Shown piece after piece: positions 39,414 to 49,263 of a stretch of DNA of 64,000 nt. The stretch's first letter is position 1, and each line of letters opens with the position of its first letter. The position numbers and the translations under genes were made by a program. Under the pieces are notes generated by a model that did no database searches, was not told where the DNA came from, and saw only the letters and a list, made by a program, of their open reading frames with translations. The DNA comes from Patescibacteria group bacterium (GTDB taxonomy: Bacteria; Patescibacteriota; Saccharimonadia; UBA4664; SCTI01), in contig SCTI01000002.1 of assembly GCA_004297735.1 (NCBI GenBank), positions 160-64,159 of the forward strand, read 5' to 3'.

Positions 39414-39989
39414 CTATTGAGCCGGCCGCACCCACATTCGTTCAACCCAACCATTTCTGGGTTCTTCAAACGTATCATCGGTTGAATTAAATCCAAGCTT
39501 TTTGAGGATTTTTACGCTTGGAGCATTACTATCTTCACAAAATGCCACGAACTCTGTTATCTCCATACTAGTCTGAGCCATCTGCATTAAGGCTTGAATT
39601 GAAGCGGTAACGAGGCCCCTGCCCCTCATCGAAGGGTCGAGAAAATAACCAAAACCGATCACGGTTGGGTTGGGCGTTCCGGACATGTAGCCATTGTCCT
39701 GCCATAAGTTGACCCAACCCACCATATTATCTTGCTGCACAAGGGTGTAGCGAAGGATATCAGGCTTACTTTGGCCTCTCCTAATCTCATTGACCACATC
39801 TGCCTCGTTGAGCATTTTGGAGGCCACAGTGACACGGTCGCGTATGCTCGGATCAGCCTCGAGTATTTCAATAGTCCTTTTAGCATCAGATTCCTGTACT
39901 AACCTCAGGTAGACATCATCTTGCACTTGGACTTTTTGTAGTGCCGGAATTTGGTGTAAGTCTCTTGCAATATTTTTTGGCTTTGTCAT
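39414..39989 (-). CDS. GNAT family N-acetyltransferase
   Basis: 191 aa; acetyl-CoA-binding motif A (RGRGLVTASIQAL). Confidence 0.6.
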   Translation of the reverse strand: MTKPKNIARDLHQIPALQKVQVQDDVYLRLVQESDAKRTIEILEADPSIRDRVTVASKMLNEADVVNEIRRGQSKPDILRYTLVQQDNMVGWVNLWQDNGYMSGTPNPTVIGFGYFLDPSMRGRGLVTASIQALMQMAQTSMEITEFVAFCEDSNAPSVKILKKLGFNSTDDTFEEPRNGWVERMWVRPAQ

Positions 39990-40054
39990 ACCAAAACTAT
40001 ACTATAAATTTTTGAGATCAGAATTCGTTAATATTAGTTGTTTACGATAAATAG

Positions 40055-40153
40055 GCCTGGTGGATACGGTCTCACGACGAGGGGCCGAGCTGGTGCTATA
40101 CTTTGGCTTCGTCACCCGCTGTATTGGGGTTCGATTCCCCATAGCTCCACCAG
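40055..40153 (+). ncRNA. tRNA-like small RNA, copy A (core 40080..40151; lacks an anticodon arm; resembles the tRNA-like domain of tmRNA)
   Basis: core GGGGCCGAG...TGGGG-TTCGATT-CCCCA-TAGCTCC-A-CCA with canonical T-arm, G3:U70-type acceptor and encoded CCA; flanked by a 9-bp helix CCTGGTGGA/TCCACCAGG; terminator 16 nt downstream; the only candidate canonical D arm (GGTC/GACC) leaves too few nt for an anticodon arm. Confidence 0.4.
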
Positions 40154-40166
40154 GTTAATAAACAAA

Positions 40167-40193
40167 AATAGCCGCCCGGAGCGGCTATTTTTG
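40167..40193 (+). terminator. rho-independent terminator after the tRNA-like gene
   Basis: ATAGCCGC-ccgga-GCGGCTAT then TTTTTG. Confidence 0.6.
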
Positions 40194-40217
40194 TAGTCAG
40201 TGTTGTCGGGCCAGTGC

Positions 40218-40233
40218 CACAGCTCCACCAGAT
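40218..40233 (+). repeat. partial duplicate of the tRNA-like 3' end (CCACAGCTCCACCAGA)
   Basis: matches the 3' terminal sequence of copy A and copy B; possible relic att repeat. Confidence 0.35.
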
Positions 40234-40317
40234 ACATTCGATACCTTTGTATCGATTTGATTGTAGCGCATTCTACTCCTTGACGCCATCCCCTTTTTCA
40301 GGTAAGATGGTCGAGTT

Positions 40318-40713
40318 ATGAAAACCGATATTCATCCGACATTATTCGACACCAAGGTGCACTGCAACGGTTGTGATACCAACTTCACTACTCGCGCCAC
40401 GGTGCCAGAGATCACAGTTGAGATTTGTTCGAACTGTCATCCGTTCTACACCGGCAAGCAAAAGCTGGTGGATACCGCTGGTCGCGTTGAGAAGTTTGAG
40501 GCTCGCCGTAAGGCCGCCGAGGCCAAGAAGGCCGCTAGCTTAAAGGCAGCCGATGTTAAGGCTGAGCGTGAGGCCAAAAAGGCTCAAAAGAACGACCCTG
40601 AGCTTAAGGAAATTGCCGAGGAGCTCAAGGATCAGACCATTGATGAGCCAGCCGAGGTTGATGCTCCGGCTCCAGAAGCTGAGACCGAAAAGACCGATTC
40701 AACCGAATCTTAA
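40318..40713 (+). CDS. rpmE: 50S ribosomal protein L31 with C-terminal extension
   Basis: CxxC...CxxC Zn ribbon (CNGCD ... CSNCHPFY); promoter CTTGAC-18 nt-TAAGAT upstream. Confidence 0.85.
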   Translation: MKTDIHPTLFDTKVHCNGCDTNFTTRATVPEITVEICSNCHPFYTGKQKLVDTAGRVEKFEARRKAAEAKKAASLKAADVKAEREAKKAQKNDPELKEIAEELKDQTIDEPAEVDAPAPEAETEKTDSTES

Positions 40714-40730
40714 ATAATTATTAAACTTAG

Positions 40731-40762
40731 CAGCACGTTCGTTATTCGGCGTGCTGTTTTGT
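40731..40762 (+). terminator. rho-independent terminator/attenuator between rpmE and prfA
   Basis: CAGCACG-N12-CGTGCTG then TTTTGTT. Confidence 0.5.
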
Positions 40763-40779
40763 TATGATGGAGTACAGAT

Positions 40780-41826
40780 ATGGATGCCACCGAGCAAAAA
40801 ACCCGCGAGGAGTACGGTCAGCTAGAACAAAAGCTGATGGATAGCTCGTTGTTTGGTACGCCAGAATACGTAAAAGCGGCTAAGCGTCAGACCGAGCTAA
40901 AGCCCTTGATGGCGCTGTACGATGAGCGACGGCTGGTTGAGGATGATTTAAAGGCGCTGGAAGATCCAGAGATGGCCGAGCTAGCCGCTGGCGAACGGCC
41001 AGGCCTAGAGGCGCGGTTGGCCGAGGTTCAAGACAAGTTAAAGGTAGCTCTGGTGCCCAAAGATCCAAATGACGGCAAAAACGTAATTATTGAGATTAGG
41101 GCCGGGGCCGGCGGTGATGAGTCGACCTTGTTTGGCGCTGAGCTTTTTAGGGCTTACAGCCGCTACGCCGAAGCTCGTGGCTGGAAGGTAGAGGTTGATA
41201 GCGAAAGCCCCAGTGATGTTGGTGGCTACAAAGAGATTGTGTTTGAGATCCGCGGTGACGGTGTCTATGGCGACATGAAGTACGAGTCGGGCGTGCACCG
41301 CGTCCAGCGCGTACCGGCCACCGAATCGCAAGGCCGAGTTCATACCTCGACCATAACCGTTGCGGTACTGCCGGAGGCCGAGGAGACTGAGCTGGCGATC
41401 AACGAGAATGATTTGCGCATCGACGTGTTTCGAAGCGGTGGCCACGGTGGCCAGAGCGTTAACACTACCGACTCGGCGGTGCGTATTACTCACCTACCTA
41501 CCGGCACGGTGGTAACCTGTCAGGACGAAAAGAGTCAGCTTAAAAACAAGCAAAAGGCTATGGGCGTGCTACGCTCTCGCCTGCTGGCCCAAAAGCTTGA
41601 GGCCGAGCAGCGCGAAAACCGCGAGGCGCGCCTGGCTCAGATTGGCACCGGCGATCGTAGCGAAAAGATTCGCACCTATAACTTCCCCCAAGACCGCATT
41701 ACCGATCACCGTATTGGCCGCACCCAGCACGGTCTCCCGCAGTTTATGGCCGGTGAAATTAGCGGCATGATTGAGGCCCTAAAAGCCGAAGATCTTAAAC
41801 GGGCATTAGAAACTGCAGGCCTGTAA
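40780..41826 (+). CDS. prfA: peptide chain release factor 1
   Basis: 348 aa; PAT motif (RVPATES) and GGQ. Confidence 0.9.
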   Translation: MDATEQKTREEYGQLEQKLMDSSLFGTPEYVKAAKRQTELKPLMALYDERRLVEDDLKALEDPEMAELAAGERPGLEARLAEVQDKLKVALVPKDPNDGKNVIIEIRAGAGGDESTLFGAELFRAYSRYAEARGWKVEVDSESPSDVGGYKEIVFEIRGDGVYGDMKYESGVHRVQRVPATESQGRVHTSTITVAVLPEAEETELAINENDLRIDVFRSGGHGGQSVNTTDSAVRITHLPTGTVVTCQDEKSQLKNKQKAMGVLRSRLLAQKLEAEQRENREARLAQIGTGDRSEKIRTYNFPQDRITDHRIGRTQHGLPQFMAGEISGMIEALKAEDLKRALETAGL

Positions 41827-42632
41827 TGACGGTTGGGCAGCTAATTGAACAAAGCGTTGCGCAGTTAGAGGTCGCCGGGGTTACCGGGGCAAGACTGGAC
41901 GCCCAGCTGCTAATTGCTCATGCGGTCGGGCGCAACCGCGCCTGGGTGATGGCTCACCCGGAGTTTGAGCTAGGCTTAGATCAGCTAGAGCTAGTAAAAG
42001 ACTTGATGCAACGACGTGCTCAGCGTGAGCCGGTCGTTCATTTAACAAACAAGCGTGAATTCTACGGTTTAGAGTTTTACATTAACGCCGATGTGCTCAC
42101 CCCTAGAGCCGAAACCGAACAGATGGTTGAGTGGGCGGTAAAGAGCGCCCCCAAAGACTCCCGCTTAATTGACGTTGGCACCGGTAGTGGCGCGATCGCG
42201 GTGGCGATTGCCAAGCAGCGGCCGGACCTCAAGATTATGGCAACCGATGTTACCGACGAGGCTTTGGCGGTGGCGCGGCAAAATATTGCGGCTCACAAAG
42301 TTCAGGTTGAGCTGGTTAAATCCGACCTATTTGAATCGGTTAAGGGTGAGTTTGATACGGTGGTAACCAACCTGCCCTACCTGCAAGATGACGCCGAACT
42401 GATGCCCGAGGTGCAAAAGGAGCCGGCGGTGGCTCTGCACGGCGGAGCGGACGGCCTTGATCTGTACCGTCGCTTTTTGCAGCAGCTGCCCTCGCACTTA
42501 CGCCCTGGCGGCTATCTGTTTACCGAATGCGACCCCTGGCAGCACGCCGGCTTAATTGAAGCCGCTGCAAATCAGCAGCTTTTACTGCAGCAAGAGGGTT
42601 ATTTTATTTTGGGATTTCAGCTCGCGAGCTAA
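41826..42632 (+). CDS. prmC: release factor glutamine methyltransferase PrmC/HemK
   Basis: 268 aa; SAM motif DVGTGSG, NPPY-like NLPY. Confidence 0.8.
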   Translation: MTVGQLIEQSVAQLEVAGVTGARLDAQLLIAHAVGRNRAWVMAHPEFELGLDQLELVKDLMQRRAQREPVVHLTNKREFYGLEFYINADVLTPRAETEQMVEWAVKSAPKDSRLIDVGTGSGAIAVAIAKQRPDLKIMATDVTDEALAVARQNIAAHKVQVELVKSDLFESVKGEFDTVVTNLPYLQDDAELMPEVQKEPAVALHGGADGLDLYRRFLQQLPSHLRPGGYLFTECDPWQHAGLIEAAANQQLLLQQEGYFILGFQLAS

Positions 42633-42633
42633 A

Positions 42634-43779
42634 CTACTGCCGAGGCGCCTCACCCAGCGTTACCTCAATTGTCTGCTGCTGGCCATCACGCCACACCGTC
42701 AGCTTAACCTTATCTCCAGGCTTGTAATCGTTAATTAAGGTTGAGAGACTGTGATCTTCATCAATGGTCTTGTTGTTAACCTTAATAATAATGTCGCCCT
42801 CTTTTAATCCGGCCTTAGCGGCGGGACTGTCGGCCGCTATTGCGGGCTGACCCTGACTGCTGGTTAAGTAGGCACCGGCGGTGACCTTAAGGTCGTTACT
42901 GGCGGCAAACTCCTTGGTTACAGGTATGTAGCGCACTCCAATGTAAGCCTTTACTATCTTCCCCTGGGTTTTAACCGTTTCTAGCTGGGCTGCAATTTGG
43001 TTGATGGGAATAGCAAACCCTATACCCTGGGCATTACCCGCCACAGCGGTATTGATACCAATCACCTTACCGGTCAGATCCACCAGCGGACCACCCGAGT
43101 TGCCAGGATTAATGGCGGCATCGGTTTGAAAAAGATTCTGGAGCTGCTCAACCTTGTTGCCCTGCTGATCACCGGCAGCCACCGGGCGCCCTAAGCCCGA
43201 AATGATACCGGTGGTAACGGTGTTTTCAAACTGCCCAAGCGCGTTTCCGATCGCCATAACCTGCGTACCAACCTGAATCTTTGATGAGTCACCTAGCTCA
43301 GCCGCTTTTAGCCCACTGGCTTTGATCCGTAAAAAGGCAGTGTCATTTTGGGCGTCACGCGCCACCACCTGCACATCCTTATACTCCTTACCTTCCGAGG
43401 TAAAAACGGTTAGATTACTGGCACCTTCAATCACATGGTTGTTGGTGATGATCAAGCCATCCGAACTGGCAATAACCCCAGTACCGGCGCCCTGGGTGGT
43501 TTGTGAGGCCCCAAAAAAGCTAAAGCCGGTTGATTCCGAGGTGATCGAGACCACACTCGGTGAGACCTTTTTTGCCACCTCGATCGTGGCCGAACTTTGT
43601 TCTAATAAGATTGACTGTTTGCTAACAGGAATCAAGCCCGGCACCAGCCGAGCCAGTCCAAAAGTGGTTAAAGACCCGCCAATAATGCCGCAGATCAATG
43701 CCACTAGTACAAATCGCCCGGCAAATGGACGGGGCGTTAGCGGATTTGATTTAGTTGGTTTTGCCTCGGTATCTGTCAT
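42634..43779 (-). CDS. htrA: HtrA/DegP family serine protease with PDZ domain
   Basis: 381 aa; TM anchor, trypsin-like His/Asp/Ser (GNSGGPL), C-terminal PDZ. Confidence 0.8.
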   Translation of the reverse strand: MTDTEAKPTKSNPLTPRPFAGRFVLVALICGIIGGSLTTFGLARLVPGLIPVSKQSILLEQSSATIEVAKKVSPSVVSITSESTGFSFFGASQTTQGAGTGVIASSDGLIITNNHVIEGASNLTVFTSEGKEYKDVQVVARDAQNDTAFLRIKASGLKAAELGDSSKIQVGTQVMAIGNALGQFENTVTTGIISGLGRPVAAGDQQGNKVEQLQNLFQTDAAINPGNSGGPLVDLTGKVIGINTAVAGNAQGIGFAIPINQIAAQLETVKTQGKIVKAYIGVRYIPVTKEFAASNDLKVTAGAYLTSSQGQPAIAADSPAAKAGLKEGDIIIKVNNKTIDEDHSLSTLINDYKPGDKVKLTVWRDGQQQTIEVTLGEAPRQ

Positions 43780-43821
43780 CCGATTATACTCCTCTACCCC
43801 TTGAATTAGATTAAGATTTGA

Positions 43822-44580
43822 TTAAATCGTGCCATTCCAGCGAGTGCCAGCAATCACAATTGCCAGCAGCGCCGCGCCAATGGCCACATACTCAATTAGC
43901 CGACTGCGACTTAGTCGCTTAAGGCTGTGAGCGGTGACAATACTAACGAAACAATAACCTATACCCGCTATTATAATAGCGGCTTGCGGCACAATTATAT
44001 AGCCTCCCCCAATATCATAGTTAACCTGCCAGATGTACAACACCCACCCTACCTGAGCGGCTACTAAACCCCAGGTTGCCGCTAAGATATTGGCGGCCTT
44101 TTGTTGAGTCGATTCAAGCAGCCAGCGAGCGTTGGCGTAACTGGCTAACCATAACACCACCAACATAACCGCATCCGGCCAGTGCCAAAAGGCGGTGGCT
44201 AAAAAGATGGCCGAAACCGCTAAAAGCTGGCCCACACCAGCAATCAGCGGGTATAGTCTTGGCTGCTGCCATCGCCATAATATTACCGACCAAGTGGCAT
44301 AAAAGATGGCAAGCGTAAGCTGGCTGGCCACCGGGAATACCGCTTGCCCAACCGGGGGCTGGTTCAACCCGATCAACACCACCACGCTCAGCCCGGCCAG
44401 TATTTCGGGTGTTAACCCAATTAGAGCCCTGTGGCTACGCCCTCGCCGATACCATCGAACTGCTGCTACTACTAGCACCAAAGTGGCGGCCAGCCAAGCA
44501 AAGCCATAGTGGCTTAAGAGCAGCACCGTAATGGCAAGAGCTAGCTGAACGAGAGCGAAAAAAAAGACGGTTAGAGTCAT
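43822..44580 (-). CDS. polytopic membrane protein, hypothetical
   Basis: 252 aa, about 8 hydrophobic helices, Trp-rich. Confidence 0.4.
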   Translation of the reverse strand: MTLTVFFFALVQLALAITVLLLSHYGFAWLAATLVLVVAAVRWYRRGRSHRALIGLTPEILAGLSVVVLIGLNQPPVGQAVFPVASQLTLAIFYATWSVILWRWQQPRLYPLIAGVGQLLAVSAIFLATAFWHWPDAVMLVVLWLASYANARWLLESTQQKAANILAATWGLVAAQVGWVLYIWQVNYDIGGGYIIVPQAAIIIAGIGYCFVSIVTAHSLKRLSRSRLIEYVAIGAALLAIVIAGTRWNGTI

Positions 44581-45965
44581 GGCTGTGTTGGTAGTTGATA
44601 ATCCTTACCCACCATTATAACAATGTCTGCCGAAGATGCAGGTTTAGCCGCTGGATCCCCCTTAACCACCGGCGCTTTAAAGCGCTGCTGTAGGTACCTA
44701 ACGGTATATGGCTTGGTGCCATTGCTGTAGTCAACCAGCTGAGTGGTGGGTTGCTGCTGAGTTGCCGTAGTTGTACCAACCACCTGGTAACTATAGGCCG
44801 ATAACTGGCGGTTCAGCCGATCGGCCAGACCGGTTCGGCCGCTGGCGTTAACAATCTCAATCTTAGGTGACTCTTTCTTAAGGTAGCCATCGGCAAAAAT
44901 GGTATGAACCAGCTCTTGAATCTCGCTGTAGTCAAACGAGCCTGCTCGAGGCAGTAGAATCGATCCAGCCCCCTTAAAGGTGTTAGAGCCATTAACCAGT
45001 AGGCCACCCTCTTCGTTGGTGAGAACCTTGGTTGTTATGGTGTCGGTTTTAGCATCTTTTAATAACTCTGCTAATTTTTGCACTTCGTTTAGCTGCAAGT
45101 CCATCCGAACATGATCGCCAATGCCGTCAATTAAAGCGCTCATCTTGATTGGATTGGTTAAGGTCTTAGCGGCCAAAACTTCGTGGCGCAGAGCGAGGAG
45201 TACCTCTTGCTGACGCGCGGCTCGCCCAAAATCACCCTCGCATACTCCATGACGACATCGGACGTACTTTAAGGCGGTGGCTCCGTTTAGTTTTTGTGCT
45301 CCCGGCTTGAGCGAAAATGGGCAGTAATTACGGCCGTTATCGCAGGGATAATCGGGATCATAAAGCGCTTTTTCGGGATTAACCTGGACGCCCCCTACCG
45401 CATCAACCGACTGCTTAAAGGCCCCAAAATCGGCTTGAATGTAGTAATGAATTGGCAGGTCCAGGATTTGGCTAACCACCTGTTTTGACAGCTCCGGACC
45501 ACCATAGGTGCCGGCAGCGTTAATCTTAGCCGCACCATAACCTGGAATTTTAACGTACAAATCACGCGGGATGCTCAGCATGGCTACATCCTTATGGATT
45601 GGATCAATGCTGGCCACCATAATGGTGTCGGTAAGCGCGCCGGCGGTGTGCTCTGCTCCGCCCACGCCTAGCAAGAGGATGTTAATCCGGCCATCTCCCT
45701 CCCCTTTTAGGCGGGTTGGGTCAATTTGGCCTTTAAGCGCAGGGGCGCCTTGGCTCGGCTTAGCAACCACTTTTTGGCTAGCTAAAACCGCCTTAACGCT
45801 CAGCATAGCTAAAACCGCCAGTACGAGCGAGATAATAATTACCCCAATGTGCTGACGGCGATCAAGAATAGTGCCGGCGATCCGGCGGCCAAAACTAGTG
45901 CTTGATGCTCCCATTGCAATCCAGTATATCAAACTATAAGCGTAAGCGTAAAAGCTTGCTGCCAT
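44577..45965 (-). CDS. LCP family (LytR-CpsA-Psr) cell-envelope phosphotransferase
   Basis: 462 aa; TM anchor, LCP core (ILLLGVGG...DTIMVASIDP...MLSIPRDLYVKIPGYG), LytR_C-like C-terminus. Confidence 0.75.
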   Translation of the reverse strand: MAASFYAYAYSLIYWIAMGASSTSFGRRIAGTILDRRQHIGVIIISLVLAVLAMLSVKAVLASQKVVAKPSQGAPALKGQIDPTRLKGEGDGRINILLLGVGGAEHTAGALTDTIMVASIDPIHKDVAMLSIPRDLYVKIPGYGAAKINAAGTYGGPELSKQVVSQILDLPIHYYIQADFGAFKQSVDAVGGVQVNPEKALYDPDYPCDNGRNYCPFSLKPGAQKLNGATALKYVRCRHGVCEGDFGRAARQQEVLLALRHEVLAAKTLTNPIKMSALIDGIGDHVRMDLQLNEVQKLAELLKDAKTDTITTKVLTNEEGGLLVNGSNTFKGAGSILLPRAGSFDYSEIQELVHTIFADGYLKKESPKIEIVNASGRTGLADRLNRQLSAYSYQVVGTTTATQQQPTTQLVDYSNGTKPYTVRYLQQRFKAPVVKGDPAAKPASSADIVIMVGKDYQLPTQP

Positions 45966-46005
45966 CTAGTTTAATCGGTATACTTGGGTCTAGTAATTTT
46001 CTTAT

Positions 46006-46642
46006 TGTGAACCCAGATCTTAACCACCCTAACTCAACCACCGCTACCAGCGGCGAACCGACACCGTCCTTAGTTGAACGGATTTTTTCTCATTGGCTGG
46101 TTAGCTGGGTGATTATACCGGCCGCACTCATTTTCCTGCTACACAACTTTGTGTTTAGCGCTTACCACGTGGTTGGCAGCAGCATGATACCCAACCTGCA
46201 CGACTCTGACTACTTAATCATCTCTAAGGTCGGAAAGACGGTTAGCGGACTGAGCGGTCAAAAGTACACCGCTGAGCGTGGTCAAATCGTGGTCTTCCAC
46301 TACCCTAAAGAGCCACAATACGACTTTGTTAAGCGGGTGGTTGGATTGCCGGGAGAGCGAGTAGTGGTTAGAGATGGCAAGATCACCGTTTATAATACCG
46401 AACACCCAAATGGTTTTGATCCCGACACCACTCACACCACTACCGGCAGCTACACTCAGGCCGGACCGGACGATGAGCCGATTGACGTCACGGTGCCAGA
46501 AGGCAACATTTTTGTGGTTGGCGACAATCGTACACCCAATGGCTCCACCGACTCACGCGAATGGGGCTTTTTACCTAGCAGCGATATCGTGGGTAACGTG
46601 GTGCTTCGACTCTACCCGCTTAACTCAATTAAACTGTTTTAA
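46006..46642 (+). CDS. lepB: signal peptidase I
   Basis: catalytic SSM(IPNL) Ser box and GDNR/Lys box; the ORF track starts at 45902 but that overlaps the divergent LCP gene, so the GTG at 46006 is preferred. Confidence 0.7.
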
Positions 46643-47537
46643 GTTTTTGCAATAATTGATCAAGCTCGGCTTGATCGCGATAACTCAGTACCAGGCTTCC
46701 GCCCTTGGCGCCGGCTTTAGCTCGTACCGAAACACCTAAACGCTGCGACACCGCCTTAATGGTGTCGGCAGAGACTGTAATTGAGTTTGAAGCTGGGCTC
46801 TTGTGAACGGATTGAGGGGCGGTAGGGGCATTAGCCTGCTGCGCTAGCGCCTCAGCCTGGCGGACGCTCAGACCCTGGTCGATAATTGCTTTCAGTAGGC
46901 CTTCCCGTTCGTCTGGGTTCACGGCCAGAATGGCACGACCATGAGCCTCCGATATCTTGCCGGCAGCTAATGCCTGCAAGGCCGCTTCGGGAAGTTGCAG
47001 TAAGCGCAGCTGGTTCGAAATCGTTGATTTGGCTCGACCCACCCGCTTGGCTACCTGGTCTAGCGACAGATTAAACTCGTCCATTAGCTTCTTGTAGGCC
47101 ACCGCCGCCTCAAGCGGGTTGAGGTTGGCGCGCTGGACGTTTTCGATCAAGGCCAGCTCTAGCTTTTGCTGTTCACCAAAACTTCGCACTATTACCGGTG
47201 CGGTGGCTTGACCGGCCAGCTTACTAGCCCTCAGTCGTCGCTCGCCAGCAATCAACTGGTAGCGGTCACCGTCTTGGCTGACAACCAGCGGCTGTAACAC
47301 GCCGTGCTCTTTAATTGAGCTCGCCAAAGCCTCCAGCTCGGCTTGATCAAACTGGGTTCGAGGTTGATGTGGGTTGGGGTCAATTTGCTCAACCTTAATT
47401 AGCTGAACGGCTTCACCTAAGTTGGCGGCTGAACTAGTGGCGATTGCGCCCGACTCGGCTGGCTCTACCCCCGTGGGCTCCAATTTGGTGGGTATCAGCG
47501 AATCTAAGCCTCGCCCTAAACCGCGTGGTTTACTCAT
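46629..47537 (-). CDS. parB: chromosome partitioning protein ParB/Spo0J
   Basis: 302 aa; ParB box (GERRLRAS), HTH. Confidence 0.85.
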   Translation of the reverse strand: MSKPRGLGRGLDSLIPTKLEPTGVEPAESGAIATSSAANLGEAVQLIKVEQIDPNPHQPRTQFDQAELEALASSIKEHGVLQPLVVSQDGDRYQLIAGERRLRASKLAGQATAPVIVRSFGEQQKLELALIENVQRANLNPLEAAVAYKKLMDEFNLSLDQVAKRVGRAKSTISNQLRLLQLPEAALQALAAGKISEAHGRAILAVNPDEREGLLKAIIDQGLSVRQAEALAQQANAPTAPQSVHKSPASNSITVSADTIKAVSQRLGVSVRAKAGAKGGSLVLSYRDQAELDQLLQKLKTV

Positions 47538-48349
47538 GCTGCCACCTTCTTTTTAGCAGCCTCAGCGGCGCCCTTTTTGGTCTTAGCCTGAGCCTTGGCT
47601 CGCTTGGTCACCTCTTTGGCGAGAGCGTTGTAGCTACGAGCACCCTTACTCCATTTGTCGTAGTGGCTGATTGGCTGACCGTAGCTGGGAGCCTCAGCTA
47701 AGCGAACGTTACGAGGGATAATGGTGTCAAAAACCTTGTCGGGAAAATGACGCTTAACCTCTTGGTGCACCTGTGCACTTAGAGTGGTACGACCGTTATG
47801 CATGGTCAAAACCACCCCCATTAAATCTAGTTCTGGGTTGAGCGCCTGGCGCACTCGCTGAACGGTCTGAATTAGCTGGCCAAGACCTTCAAGAGCGTAA
47901 AACTCGGCCTGGACCGGGATAATAAGCGAGTCGGCGGCGGTTAGGCCATTAACGGTCAACAACCCGAGCGATGGCGGGCAATCAATTAAAATGTAGTCGT
48001 ATGGTAGATCCTGGAGCGCTTGCCGCAGCTTAAACTCGCGCTGCTTGGTGTCGACCAGCTCTACCTCGGCGGCCGCTAAAACTGGGGCGGCAGGCAGCAC
48101 CACGACGCCGTTGTAGTTGGTGCGCAGAGCGGCTTCGTGGGGGTGAACATCACCGGTCAGCACGTCATATAAACTGGTGTCGACCATACTCTTATCCACG
48201 CCCAGACCGCTGGTGGTGTTACCCTGAGGGTCCAGATCGACCACCATTACTCGCGCCGAACCTTTGGCTAAAAATGCAGCCAAATTAATGGTGGTGGTGG
48301 TCTTTCCGACTCCCCCTTTTTGGTTAGCTATCGCGATAACGTGTGCCAC
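47534..48349 (-). CDS. parA: chromosome partitioning ATPase ParA/Soj
   Basis: 271 aa; deviant Walker A KGGVGKTT. Confidence 0.9.
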   Translation of the reverse strand: MAHVIAIANQKGGVGKTTTTINLAAFLAKGSARVMVVDLDPQGNTTSGLGVDKSMVDTSLYDVLTGDVHPHEAALRTNYNGVVVLPAAPVLAAAEVELVDTKQREFKLRQALQDLPYDYILIDCPPSLGLLTVNGLTAADSLIIPVQAEFYALEGLGQLIQTVQRVRQALNPELDLMGVVLTMHNGRTTLSAQVHQEVKRHFPDKVFDTIIPRNVRLAEAPSYGQPISHYDKWSKGARSYNALAKEVTKRAKAQAKTKKGAAEAAKKKVAA

Positions 48350-48399
48350 TCGAACCCTCTTTGTATTAGCTGAATTATACCATCAACGAGCTTGTGTTT

Positions 48400-49263
48400 C
48401 TATGGTTTTGGAGTGACCGCTACTGGTGTGGCTACCACCACAATGCGCTGAGTTTCACGGACATCGTTACAGGTGTAAATTGTTAGCTGCGGTGTCGCGG
48501 TCTGGTTGAGCACCGCCACTTCGGTACGAGGCACCACTCGCTTGGCTTGAACCGCATACTGACGACGGGTACCCTGGTTGTCGACCAAAATCAGGTCGCC
48601 TACCTCTAGCTTATCGAGATTATATAGCGTGGTGGTGTTGGGCGGCAGATACTTAAACCGGTGGCCGGCCAACACGTAGTTACCACTGTCTACGCTACCG
48701 GTTTGATTCCAGACTCCCTCAGCCCGATCCAATACCGTTAAATCGGCACCAGCCAGCACCGCTGTATCCACCCCAATCTTGGGTATCACCAGTCGGTTTT
48801 GGGTGGTTGGTGCGGCCTGCGTAAAGGTTGGTGACGGTTGAACCGCGGTAGCCGGCTGCGATGGCGCGATCATGTGGCCAACTCGATACTGGACCTCGGG
48901 TACCCAAGGGTATAGGGCGATGGCCGCGGCCAAAAAGGTTGCCACTAGGCTAGCGCGAACCACCCAACGATAGCGACCTAGATGCCGCCGCCAGTGCGAA
49001 TAAGCCGCCCGCAAGTGCTCGGCGTTGAACTGTCGCTGAACCGCCGCGGTGTCCGCCAGAACCTGCTGCACCGAGTCCGGCTGTAGTTTAAAAAAGCGAG
49101 GCTCACTGGTCAGCTGCAGCTGAAGATCAATGGGGACTTGTTTGCAAACCTTGTTGCGGCTATCTAGAAAATATCGGTATGGCCCCTTCTCCCAGGTTTG
49201 GTCGGGGCTGAACAGACTTGGAGGAGACTGCAGGTAGGCTGAGCGACTAAAAGAAGGTTGCAT
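48400..49263 (-). CDS. class E-like sortase
   Basis: 287 aa; catalytic His (LAGHR) and TLxTC (LTIYTCN) motifs; adjacent LAxTG substrate. Confidence 0.75.
   Translation of the reverse strand: MQPSFSRSAYLQSPPSLFSPDQTWEKGPYRYFLDSRNKVCKQVPIDLQLQLTSEPRFFKLQPDSVQQVLADTAAVQRQFNAEHLRAAYSHWRRHLGRYRWVVRASLVATFLAAAIALYPWVPEVQYRVGHMIAPSQPATAVQPSPTFTQAAPTTQNRLVIPKIGVDTAVLAGADLTVLDRAEGVWNQTGSVDSGNYVLAGHRFKYLPPNTTTLYNLDKLEVGDLILVDNQGTRRQYAVQAKRVVPRTEVAVLNQTATPQLTIYTCNDVRETQRIVVVATPVAVTPKP

Noticed and set aside
40055-40153. canonical tRNA gene
   Set aside because: T-arm, acceptor and CCA are present but no D-stem or anticodon stem-loop can be formed. It is annotated as a tRNA-like ncRNA instead. The same holds for copy B (54950-55016).
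39990-40320. full-length tmRNA (ssrA)
   Set aside because: Only about 330 nt of non-coding DNA is available. No 5' GGGGCU(G/A) partner at the required distance without overlapping the GNAT gene, no tag-peptide ORF and no pseudoknots recognisable.
45902-46005. N-terminal 35 residues of the lepB ORF as called in the ORF track
   Set aside because: Would overlap the divergently transcribed LCP gene start by 64 nt. A GTG at 46006 gives a normal signal peptidase I N-terminus (short tail plus TM).
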